The notes below the pieces were generated by a model that searched no databases, was not told the DNA's origin, and saw only the letters and a program-made list of their open reading frames with translations. The position numbers and the translations under genes are program-made. A stretch of 64,000 nt of DNA, from NCBI GenBank assembly GCA_902634185.1, contig CACPJC010000003.1, positions 32,369 through 96,368 of the forward strand, read 5' to 3'. The DNA is from an uncultured Candidatus Actinomarina sp. GTDB taxonomy: Bacteria; Actinomycetota; Acidimicrobiia; Actinomarinales; Actinomarinaceae. Position 1 is the first letter of the stretch, and every line of letters begins with the position of its first letter. This document shows positions 31,269 to 40,900 of this stretch, piece after piece.

Positions 31269-32351
31269 TTATTCCTCTAGAGTTGCGAGTCTTGTTGTTT
31301 CATTATCTGCTATTAGAGCGTCAATAAAATCACCTAAATCACCATCTAAGACCTGATCTAGTTTCTTGAGGGTTAAGTTGATTCTGTGATCAGACACCCT
31401 GTTGTCTTTATAATTGTAAGTTCTAATTTTGTCAGATCGCTCACCAGAACCTACTTGTTCCTTTCTATTCTTTGCTCGTTCAGCTTCAGCTTCGTCTTGA
31501 CGTGCTTTTAATAATCTTGCTCTTAAAATTCTCATAGCTTTTTCTTTATTTTGTAACTGTGACTTTTCATCTTGGCAGGAGACAACAAGCCCAGTAGGTA
31601 CATGAGTAATTCTTACAGCTGAGTCTGTCGTGTTCACACTTTGGCCACCTGGTCCACTTGATCTGTAGACATCGACTTTTAAATCATTTTGATCAATATC
31701 TATATCTACTTCCTCTGCTTCAGGTAAGACAGCTACCGTTGCAATAGAAGTATGGACTCTTCCTTGTGACTCTGTTTTGGGAATTCTCTGTACTCTGTGT
31801 GCACCAGCTTCAAATTTAAGTTTCGAATAAACACCTTTAGATTTTATAGCAAAGATAACCTTGCTATATCCACCCATATCAGAATCAGTCATCTCTATCT
31901 TTTCAACATTCCATGAATTACGTTCTGCAAAACGGGAATACATTTTAAATAAATCCCCAACCCAAATAGATGCTTCCTCACCACCTGCTCCTGGACGAAT
32001 CTCTACAAGAACATCTTTCTCATCAGATGGATCTTTTGGTAGTAGGCCAACTTTTATTTTTGTAACAATGTTTTCAATTTCAGCAGTTGAGTTTTTAATG
32101 ATGTCCTCATATTCACTCTTCATCTCTTCGTCGGTTTCCTCATTAAGCAACTCTTCAGCATCTGATATATCTGAAGTTAGTGTTTCCCATTGTCTGAAAA
32201 GCTCAACAATTGAAGACATATCACTGTGTTTTTTTGCCATTTCTGCATATTTATTTGGATCACTTGAAATATCAACTTTTGATAAATCATCTTCTAATTG
32301 TTTTTGTGACTCAACTATTGCAGTAAGTTTTTTAATTAATGTTTCATCCAT
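31269..32351 (-). CDS. prfA: peptide chain release factor 1
   Basis: GGQSVNTTDSAVRITHVPTG (GGQ motif). PVT-type RF1 recognition region. Confidence 0.9.
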   Translation of the reverse strand: MDETLIKKLTAIVESQKQLEDDLSKVDISSDPNKYAEMAKKHSDMSSIVELFRQWETLTSDISDAEELLNEETDEEMKSEYEDIIKNSTAEIENIVTKIKVGLLPKDPSDEKDVLVEIRPGAGGEEASIWVGDLFKMYSRFAERNSWNVEKIEMTDSDMGGYSKVIFAIKSKGVYSKLKFEAGAHRVQRIPKTESQGRVHTSIATVAVLPEAEEVDIDIDQNDLKVDVYRSSGPGGQSVNTTDSAVRITHVPTGLVVSCQDEKSQLQNKEKAMRILRARLLKARQDEAEAERAKNRKEQVGSGERSDKIRTYNYKDNRVSDHRINLTLKKLDQVLDGDLGDFIDALIADNETTRLATLEE

Positions 32352-33255
32352 GAGTTACCTCTTTTGTATTTTCAAGAAAAGTATCAAGTTCATCAGTATT
32401 TTCACTATGTTTTATGCAATTTGCCATAGCAACTCTTGCGACCTCAATCTGGTCATCAGATGGAGGTTTTGTTGTCATTTTCTGCATCCATATTCCAGGA
32501 GTGCTAAAAAATCTTGAAAAAAGTGAGCCTGAGTATTGAAAATTTAATTTAAGTATCTCATATGAAAGCATGGCAACGACAAACACATGAACAATACGTG
32601 TTACAAGTGTCATGAAAATACTCAATGTTGGAATAAATGGAAGAGTTAACAAACTAACAAAAACTATCAAAAATATGAATGCGGTTCCACATCGAATGTG
32701 TTCTTTAGGGAAAGTCTTTATATGATCAAGATTAAGATCTCTGTTATTTTCAAAAGCTGCAATGGTCATGTGCTCTGCGCCGTGAAATTCGAATAGCTCT
32801 TGTGCATCTTTTGTTTTTCCAATAAGGAAAATGTATAGAACAACGATTACTCCACGTAAAAGTCCCTCATATAACCCTTTCGATGTCTGATCTGTTTCAA
32901 TCAAATCGATCAGTAATCTTGGTCCTGCAATAAGGAGCGAGAGAAACACAACAATAAAAACATAGTTAAATATTTTATTAATAAGTGTTGGTTCTGGCTC
33001 ATCCTCATAATATATTTCATCAGACATTGTTAAACCTTGATATCCAACATATAAAGAATCAATGAGTGCTCCAATACCACGCATTAATGGAAGTTTAAAA
33101 ATACCAGGCCTTCTAACCAAAGGCGTTCTCTCTTTAAAGAACTTTACAATTTCATTATTTTGATTTCTTACAGCAACTGACCAACCCTTTGGGCTTTGAA
33201 TTAGGACACCACTAATTACAGCTTGTCCACCATAAGAAATATCATTTTCAGACAT
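32344..33255 (-). CDS. DUF1385 (YqhQ-like) membrane protein
   Basis: N-terminal SYGGQAVISGVLIQ resembles the YqhQ signature. 303 aa. C-terminal hydrophobic helices. Confidence 0.6.
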   Translation of the reverse strand: MSENDISYGGQAVISGVLIQSPKGWSVAVRNQNNEIVKFFKERTPLVRRPGIFKLPLMRGIGALIDSLYVGYQGLTMSDEIYYEDEPEPTLINKIFNYVFIVVFLSLLIAGPRLLIDLIETDQTSKGLYEGLLRGVIVVLYIFLIGKTKDAQELFEFHGAEHMTIAAFENNRDLNLDHIKTFPKEHIRCGTAFIFLIVFVSLLTLPFIPTLSIFMTLVTRIVHVFVVAMLSYEILKLNFQYSGSLFSRFFSTPGIWMQKMTTKPPSDDQIEVARVAMANCIKHSENTDELDTFLENTKEVTHG

Positions 33256-33276
33256 GAGAAAAAGGGATTAAAGAAG

Positions 33277-33570
33277 TTATTCTTCTTCTTGAGAAGAAAC
33301 TTCTTGCTTAGGTGCTTGTCTTGTACTTGTTGATCCGTATCGTTGTTTGAATCTTTCAACTCGACCTGTAGAGTCAACTAGTTTTTGTTTTCCAGTAAAA
33401 AAAGGATGGCTTGCACTAGAGATTTCTAGTTTTACAAGCGGATATTCTTTTCCATCTTCCCAAGTAATTGTTTCAGATGTTTTAATGGTTGATCTTGTTA
33501 GAAATGCAAAATCAGCATCTTCATCTCTGAAAACGACTTCTTTATATTCGGGATGTATATCTTTTTTCAC
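33277..33570 (-). CDS. rpmE2: 50S ribosomal protein L31, type B (no CxxC zinc motif)
   Basis: [14 protein letters not shown] start. No Cys pairs. 97 aa with a charged C-terminal tail. Confidence 0.8.
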   Translation of the reverse strand: MKKDIHPEYKEVVFRDEDADFAFLTRSTIKTSETITWEDGKEYPLVKLEISSASHPFFTGKQKLVDSTGRVERFKQRYGSTSTRQAPKQEVSSQEEE

Positions 33571-33585
33571 AGTGTCTACTTTACT

Positions 33586-34935
33586 TTATTTATTGGTTTT
33601 TGCGACATCCTTTAAGAATGCGTCATTGCTTTTGAGAGTTTTAAGCCTATCAATTAATAATTCTGTTGCTGCACCACCTTCAAGGCCAACAAGAACTCTT
33701 CTTAGAGTCCATAATGACTCCAGTTCTTTTGGAGAAACTAGTCGTTGTTCTTCACGAGTTCCAGATGGAGTAACATCTATCGCCGGGAATACTCTTTTAT
33801 CTGCAAGCTGTCTATCTAATCTAAGCTCCATGTTTCCAGTTCCTTTAAACTCTTCAAAGATAACTTCATCCATTTTTGAGCCCGTCTCAACAAGTGCAGT
33901 ACCAAGAATTGTTAAACTTCCTCCACCTTCTATGTTTCTAGCTGCACCAAAGAATTGTTTTGGAGGTGTTAAAGCAGTTGAATCAACACCACCTGATAAA
34001 ATTCTTCCACTAGCTGGAGTAGCTAAGTTGTGAGCTCTCGCAAGTCTTGTAATTGAATCCAATAAAATTACTACGTCCTTACCTTCTTCAACAAGTCTTT
34101 TTGCTCTTTCGATAGCTAATTTAGAAACTTGAGTGTGCTCATCTGGTGGTCTATCAAAGGTTGAAAATACAACTTCTCCGTCAACCGAACGTTGCATATC
34201 GGTAACCTCTTCTGGTCTTTCATCAACTAAGACAACCATTAAATAAACTTCTGGATTGTTAGCAGTAATAGAGTTTGCAATTTCTTTAAGAATTGTAGTT
34301 TTACCTGCTTTCGGTGGGGAAACAATCAATCCTCTCTGACCTTTTCCAATAGGTGCAATAAGGTCTACGATTCTTCCAACAAGTCGCTCTGGTTCACCAT
34401 CAATCTCAAGTTTTAGTCTCTCATCAGGAAAAAGAGGTGTCAGTTTATCAAAGTCTACTCTACGAGCCAAAAGTTCTGGATCAGCTCCATTTACAGTCTT
34501 AGGTTCAACTAATGCAGGATACTTTTCTTTTGCACGTGGTGCACGAATTGGTCCTGTTACGAGATCTCCTTTTCTCATTCTAAATTTTTTGATTGCTCCC
34601 GCTGGTACATATACATCCATCTCACTTGGTTTATAACCACTACATCTTAAAAATCCATAACCCTCTGGCAAGATATCAAGAATACCCTCTCTTGTTTCAC
34701 CCTCTTTAATTTGGCTATCACCAGAATTTACAACAGATGGCATATCTTTGTCTGAAGCTACAACTGCTACTTCTTCTTCTGCACCATCTGCAATATCACC
34801 AATTGCGTCACCTTGTTCTAATAAAAGATCTATTAACTTTGCCTTTTGAAGGCCTTTGTGTTCAAGACCTAAACCATCAGCTATTTCACGAAGATCTGCT
34901 ACTGGTTTTGATTGTAATTGTGACCTTGCGGACAT
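33586..34935 (-). CDS. rho: transcription termination factor Rho
   Basis: Rho_N/HeH domain. CSD. Walker A (SPPKAGKTT). RecA-like core. Confidence 0.95.
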   Translation of the reverse strand: MSARSQLQSKPVADLREIADGLGLEHKGLQKAKLIDLLLEQGDAIGDIADGAEEEVAVVASDKDMPSVVNSGDSQIKEGETREGILDILPEGYGFLRCSGYKPSEMDVYVPAGAIKKFRMRKGDLVTGPIRAPRAKEKYPALVEPKTVNGADPELLARRVDFDKLTPLFPDERLKLEIDGEPERLVGRIVDLIAPIGKGQRGLIVSPPKAGKTTILKEIANSITANNPEVYLMVVLVDERPEEVTDMQRSVDGEVVFSTFDRPPDEHTQVSKLAIERAKRLVEEGKDVVILLDSITRLARAHNLATPASGRILSGGVDSTALTPPKQFFGAARNIEGGGSLTILGTALVETGSKMDEVIFEEFKGTGNMELRLDRQLADKRVFPAIDVTPSGTREEQRLVSPKELESLWTLRRVLVGLEGGAATELLIDRLKTLKSNDAFLKDVAKTNK

Positions 34936-35050
34936 ATTTCTCCTAATTTCAAAACATTCATGGTTTGGAATGGTTTGTGAATTGTGTTTGTCTGAAAGAC
35001 ATTCTTATTATATACACAGCAATTTTAAATTAACAACATTTAAATTTTTT

Positions 35051-35845
35051 TTAAGCTGAACAAATATTGATGTAATCGGTTAAATACTCTTGTTCACTTG
35101 AATCTAATTCACCTGCTGTTCTGTAGTGATTGTATGCACCACCGTAATAACGCACAAGTGCATCAACTAAATATTCTTCCCCTCCAAAAAAGTCTCGTGC
35201 ATCTTGACGATATAACGTTGTTGAATTTTTTGGACAGTTCCTAGTTAAATATGTAAATGCATGAAGTGATTCATGAAGTAAAACATCATAAGAAACTGCA
35301 GCTGAAAAAGCTCTATCCGATATCCAAATAGAAAGTTTCCATTCTGCATTTTTGGTTCCATCTGAGCTTGTTCCGCTTGGATCCCATACTCCATAAGGAC
35401 ACCTCCCAACAAGTGAAGCCCCATATTGATGACAACCATTAATAACACTTATATTGTTTGTTTCGATTATTTGTAACAGTAATGGAGGTAATTGTTTGAC
35501 TAGTTCACCCAAAGTAGTTTGATTTGTGCCTTCGAATCCTGCGTATTCTGCAAATGGACCTGTGTAAACCGTTGTGGTTGTGGTTGAAGTGGTTGTTGTT
35601 GAAGTTGTAGATGTTGTGGTTGAAGTGGTTGTTGTTGAAGGTGGAACAGTTGTTGTTGAAGGTGGAACAGTGGTTGTAGTTGAAGATGTAGTAGTCGTTG
35701 GCTCAAGAGTTGTTGTAGTAGTATCAATGACTTGAATTTCTTCTTGTTCAAGTACAATTGTCTCTTCTTCTTGATTAAAGTTTATTACAACTAAAGAAAC
35801 AATTAATAACAGAAAAATAAATGAGTTTATATATCTGTTGTTCAT
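35051..35845 (-). CDS. secreted Thr-rich (mucin-like linker) protein with C-terminal HExxH domain
   Basis: Signal peptide. About 50-aa T/S/P-rich linker. C-terminal domain containing LLHESLHAF. Confidence 0.5.
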   Translation of the reverse strand: MNNRYINSFIFLLLIVSLVVINFNQEEETIVLEQEEIQVIDTTTTTLEPTTTTSSTTTTVPPSTTTVPPSTTTTSTTTSTTSTTTTSTTTTTVYTGPFAEYAGFEGTNQTTLGELVKQLPPLLLQIIETNNISVINGCHQYGASLVGRCPYGVWDPSGTSSDGTKNAEWKLSIWISDRAFSAAVSYDVLLHESLHAFTYLTRNCPKNSTTLYRQDARDFFGGEEYLVDALVRYYGGAYNHYRTAGELDSSEQEYLTDYINICSA

Positions 35846-37287
35846 CTTCTGGCCTTTACTTTTATAAATAAACCTAGAATCAAAATTGTTAAAATGTATC
35901 CAATTAGGCCAATTGCAAAGGTTAAAGAAAATGAACCCATACTTAATAAATCTTGTTGCATGTTGGCAAATTCACTATCTGGAGGAACAATAAGAATTCT
36001 TATAAACAACCACAAACCCAATATAAAACTTAAAAGTGGAAAGATTTTAAAAACACCTTGAGAGTCGGTAAGAGATTCAAATAACTCATTTCCACCACCC
36101 GGCAGTGACTTAAACAAAACTCCTTCTAAACACATCAAATAGCTAAGGGCTGCAGCTGCCGTCAGTACCGTTGAGTCTTTAATAAGAGGTATAGATGTTA
36201 GATAGAAGAAACCAAACCCTGCAAGACTCAAAGCAATTGTTGAGTAAAATTTTGGTGAAAGTTTTGCTATATTTCTTCTTCCAGTGATGTACGCAGATGC
36301 AAAAAATCCAAATATAAATCCAATTGGCATTTCAAAATAGATGAAAGCAAGAGTAGAAATCCCCGCAAAAAATATTGCTTGAGGAGCCCATTTAATTCTT
36401 ACTTTTTGCTTAAAAACTTTACTCTCAATTAATCCCTCTGTCCCCTCGTAAAACAAAGTAACAGCAATTAACCCAACGAGTGCAGCAATAAATATTGCTA
36501 AATTTTCAAGATCTAAAGTTAGATCAGCTCCTTCCTCAACAAAGCCTATTAAAAATGCAGTTGAAAAAAGAACGAAAAGAACTTTAACTAAAGTAATAAG
36601 CTTCTTTGAGCCACGAATGTTTCTATCTTTGGCAAACCATCGAATATTATTCGTTGAAATAATTTTGTTAAACCATTCTTGTAAGAGCAACACTACATAA
36701 AACAAAAAGATGATTCCCGTTGAAACAATTACAGCGATGCTGTTTTTTTCTTGATCTGTCAGATCAACATCCTCAAATAAGGGAATAGACGTAATCAACT
36801 CATTTGTTATTTCAATATTTAAAAAATCAGTTTCCTCGATGACGGGTGGTGGAAGAGTTGTTGTAGTTGTTGAAGTGGTAGTTGTTGTTGAAGTTGTTGT
36901 TGGTGGTGGAATTATTTTTAATAATTTTTGATTTATGTATTCCATCTCAACTATTTTTTTACATTCCTCTGCAGGACAATCAGGCCCAGTAACATTCTCA
37001 AATTCAGTAATAAAAACGCGTATTGTGACCCTTACATAATCTGGATAGCAACATAGCTCAAGTTCGCCATCTGGGCTTTCAAGTTGAATTGTTTCAATAT
37101 TGTTGTCGTGTGAAATTTGGAGGACGATGTCATCATAGTCCTCAAAATTTATAGACCATTCAACTAATATCTTTTCATTTTCTAATCGTTTTATATCAAG
37201 CTTTATATTTTCGGTATCTAAAGTTGGAGTAAAAAATGAACCATTGAAAAAGAGGAGGAATAATAAAAATATTAGACTTTTTTTCAT
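35842..37287 (-). CDS. polytopic membrane protein with N-terminal exported domain and poly-Thr linker
   Basis: Signal peptide. About 130-aa domain. PPPTTTSTTTTTSTTTTTLPPP linker. About 8-10 TM helices. No recognisable family. Confidence 0.5.
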   Translation of the reverse strand: MKKSLIFLLFLLFFNGSFFTPTLDTENIKLDIKRLENEKILVEWSINFEDYDDIVLQISHDNNIETIQLESPDGELELCCYPDYVRVTIRVFITEFENVTGPDCPAEECKKIVEMEYINQKLLKIIPPPTTTSTTTTTSTTTTTLPPPVIEETDFLNIEITNELITSIPLFEDVDLTDQEKNSIAVIVSTGIIFLFYVVLLLQEWFNKIISTNNIRWFAKDRNIRGSKKLITLVKVLFVLFSTAFLIGFVEEGADLTLDLENLAIFIAALVGLIAVTLFYEGTEGLIESKVFKQKVRIKWAPQAIFFAGISTLAFIYFEMPIGFIFGFFASAYITGRRNIAKLSPKFYSTIALSLAGFGFFYLTSIPLIKDSTVLTAAAALSYLMCLEGVLFKSLPGGGNELFESLTDSQGVFKIFPLLSFILGLWLFIRILIVPPDSEFANMQQDLLSMGSFSLTFAIGLIGYILTILILGLFIKVKARR

Positions 37288-37290
37288 TGA

Positions 37291-37920
37291 CTACTTTTGG
37301 ATTTTAGTTGCCTTTTCAAAAATTTCATTTACATTTTCTACATACCATTCATCTGTATATTTAGACCAGACGGGATAACTTGGATCATAACGTAGCCATA
37401 GAAATGTGGATCCATTGAATAATTGAAAAATATCATCAGCAAGTTCATCAGCAGAATCAGCATCATAATTTTTGCAGAGAGATTTGAGAACATCATAGGG
37501 TTCGCGCTGTATCCATTTTCCCGATGCTTGAATATCTCTAACTTCAAACCAAGCAAATCTAATTGCATTACCAAGTTCAACAACTTTATTTGCGATTGTG
37601 TCCAAAAACATGGTTATAGCGGCACCAGGCTCTGGGGAGGTTTGTAAAAATGCATTCAACTCATCAGCAACATCTTTAAATCCTAATTGAAATAGTGATC
37701 CATAAACATCTAATTTATTCTCAGGAAAATGATTGTAAGCAGTTGCAACAGACACTCCAGCATGCTTTGCAATTTGTGAGACAGTGACTTTTTCATGAGA
37801 AACGAGTGGATTATTAAATAGCTCGACTGCACTATTTATAAGTTTTTTATGCGCCTCATCATATGTTTTTTGTGCACGTAATGATCTTCCATCCTGTTTT
37901 TTTAATGGTTCAATGCTCAT
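37291..37920 (-). CDS. TetR-family transcriptional regulator
   Basis: HTH VSQIAKHAGVSVATAYNHF. 209 aa. Start directly abuts the stop of the giant ORF. Confidence 0.8.
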   Translation of the reverse strand: MSIEPLKKQDGRSLRAQKTYDEAHKKLINSAVELFNNPLVSHEKVTVSQIAKHAGVSVATAYNHFPENKLDVYGSLFQLGFKDVADELNAFLQTSPEPGAAITMFLDTIANKVVELGNAIRFAWFEVRDIQASGKWIQREPYDVLKSLCKNYDADSADELADDIFQLFNGSTFLWLRYDPSYPVWSKYTDEWYVENVNEIFEKATKIQK

Positions 37921-40900
37921 TTAATTACCACTTTCTATCCTAGTAAGAATCCCTGAAACAACGAGTCTTTGCCTAGCAGAGTACCTAGGGTGACAAGTTG
38001 TCAATGTCAGCCTGTCATCACCTCGATTAAAAAGAACATAATCTCCTGTGTTAGCATCAACCACTTCTATATCATCCACAATGTAATGGTATTTATTTGA
38101 CCCATATGTTAAATAAATCTCATCTCCAATTTCGACCAAATCTAATCTACTGAAAGGGGCACCATATGTTGTCCTATGGCCTGCAATTCCAACATTTCCA
38201 CCTGAACCCGGTAGTTTTGTCCCAAGATAGTGTCCTGGACCAAATTGCAAATTAAGTTCATCAGTACCTGAAACAACATATTGATTTACGTTTATACCTG
38301 GAATTTCAAGAAGACCGAATATTTCAGGTTGAAATTCATCAATCTTTGCACTTTGGTCAATGATGGTAAAATCTTGCAAAGTTTCAAAAACAGGAATGTC
38401 ACTTTGGAATAAGCGAAGAGGATTTGAAAAAATTGTAGGAGGATCTACGTCCTTTATTTCCTCACCTAGATAGATTTGTTCAAGATAAGCTTGAGCATTG
38501 TCTTGTTGAACATTTGATAAAAACATTTGTTGTGTTGCATAAATACCAAAACCCATACCTGTAATTATCGATAAAACAGCAAATCCAAGAGCAGGTCGTT
38601 TTAATTTTTTTCTATCAAAAAATTTTCTGTTAATTTTTTTTGTGTCTTTTTTTCGAGAAAATACCTTTTTCTCCGCGATTTTTGCATCGAGCTCATTACC
38701 AGAATATATAATTTGAAAGTTATTTGAAATTAGACCCAAACGCTCTTCAAGAATTTCTTTTGTAAGTTCTGTATTTTCTTCCTCGCAAATAGATTTTATG
38801 TTTTCAATTGCGACTAGAGTATATTGAAGCTCACTATCAAGTGCTTGTATCTCTGATTGATAAGTTGTAAAACTCTTTGCATATGGAGCAAATTTATTTA
38901 TATCAATACTAATTTCTACTTTTTCTTGTATTAGTTTCTCAATTTTTGTTTTTAATTTGAAGGCATGCTTATAAATATCCTCTAGCGAAATTTCACTTTC
39001 CATTAGTTTTCTTTTTCGATAAGATGTAAAAAGTATTACACCACCAACTAAAAATACTGAACCGCTTATGACAATATAGTCTAAATTTATTCCTGTAGCT
39101 GCCAAGGCTATACTATCCTCTCGATAGATGTAGGTAACGTTGTAACTACCATCAGTGAAATATATGTCATCATCATCATCCCACTCTAGAAAGTCATTTC
39201 CAGTTTCATCAGTAAGAGGTGCTTCACATATATCATCCTCTTCTAATATCATATCCTCACAAAAGTCATCCACTAATGGATCCGTTGGGTCTGGATCCGT
39301 TGGGTCAACTATACACTCAAGAAGTTCTTGTAAGTTTGTTGGATTACAAAATTCTTCTGGAGCAGGATCCGTTGGGTTTATAGGATCAGGATCTCTTGGA
39401 TCAATTGGACCTGGATCTGGATCTGTAGGATCAGTTGTTGTAGTTATTGTAGGATCAGTTGTTGTAGTTATTGTAGGATCAGTTGTTGTAGTTGTTGGGC
39501 AATCAACTGTAAAGCTTGGACCCCAACGTTTCCAACCGCCTGAAAAAGAATTAGAAGTTGTAGAGGTTTTGTATCTCCATCTAACGTTTTGTCCGCTTGG
39601 AACATTTACAGATCCCCTTTCTGAGCTACCTGGTGGAACAGATCGATTAGAAACGAGTGTTGACCAGTTTTTTCCACCATCTAGGGAATACTCAGCTAAG
39701 AAATAAGCATTCGCATTTGAAGAGTCGGAGTTAGCCATATTGAAATGTATGAGTTTTGCACCTCCTGAACATTCCTCTCGTGTATTTGAAACAGAAGGGT
39801 TAATTATTGGAGGTCCTGGCAGTGTTGTTGTAGTTGTTGGACAATCAACTGTAAAGTCTGGACCCCAACGTTTCCAACCGCCTGAAAAAGAATTAGGAGT
39901 TGTCGAGGTTTTGTATCGCCATCTAACGTTTTGTCCGCTTGGAACATTTACAGAGGCCATTTCTGAGCTACCTGGTGCAACAGATTGATTAGAAACGAGT
40001 GTTGACCAGCTTTCCCCACCATCTAGGGAGTACTGAGCTAAGAAATAAGCATTTGCATTTGAAGAGTCTGAGTTAGCCATATGGAAGTGTGTGAGTTTTG
40101 CACCTCCAGAACAAGCATTTCGAGTATTTGAAACAGAAGGGTTAATTGTTGGAGGTCCTGGCAGTGTTGTTGTGGTCGTTGGAGACGGATCATCAATACA
40201 ATCTAAAACTTTCTTGGTACCACCTTTTGTTTTTCTACCACTTAGTTCATCTTTAATAATAAAACGAAGTTTATATGTAGATCCATTTGGGACAGATAAA
40301 AGTGTAGTTAAGTCTCGTGTTTCTCCAGCAGCAATACTAAAAGTTTGATCAACAACTTTGGCTTTGTTTATTCTAATTCTCATTCTAATTGTTATGCCAA
40401 CAGTTGACCTTGAGTTATCTACAATTAAACCAATTCTCGCAGTTCCATCATCATTACATTCCATGAAGTTTGCAATCCTAAAATCTACTCTTGGAATTTC
40501 AACTGTTGTAGTAGTAATTTCCGGCAGTGTCGTAGTAGTTGTTGTAGTTGTAGTAGTTGTAGTTGTAGTTGTAGTAGTTGTAGTAGTTGTAGTTGTAGTA
40601 GTAGTGGTTGTTGTTACAACACAGCTAGCCGTATATGAAAGAGTAGGATCTACGCCTGGGATATCTGTATCTTCAGTCACCCAAGTACTACTGTCATGAG
40701 CGCCTCCAGATTTTCTTGAACTATATCTCCATTGAATACTTTCTCCATTAGCTAATGCGGGAGCAGAATACGTCTCCGATGAAGTAGCTGGTACCTCTTC
40801 ATCATCTTTCAATTGTGTCCAGTTAGAGCCACCATCAGTTGAGTATTCCACCCTATAAAAGACTGAGACAGTCGAATCAGAACCGCTACTAAGAGTTATT

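Noticed and set aside
37921-39105. Possibility that the sortase is a separate gene starting at MESEIS (39001)
   Set aside because: There is no stop codon between ...SYRKRKL and MESEIS. Upstream of that Met the sequence is cgaaaaagaaaacta with no convincing Shine-Dalgarno. Kept as a fusion, but a sequencing error cannot be excluded from sequence alone.
39155-40699. Plus-strand ORFs inside the giant gene (39155-39706, 39740-39988, 40091-40348, 40358-40699, 42044-42406, 45368-45574)
   Set aside because: These are antisense shadows of Thr/Ser/Gly-rich coding repeats, e.g. the poly-V run opposite the poly-T run. No independent signals were seen.
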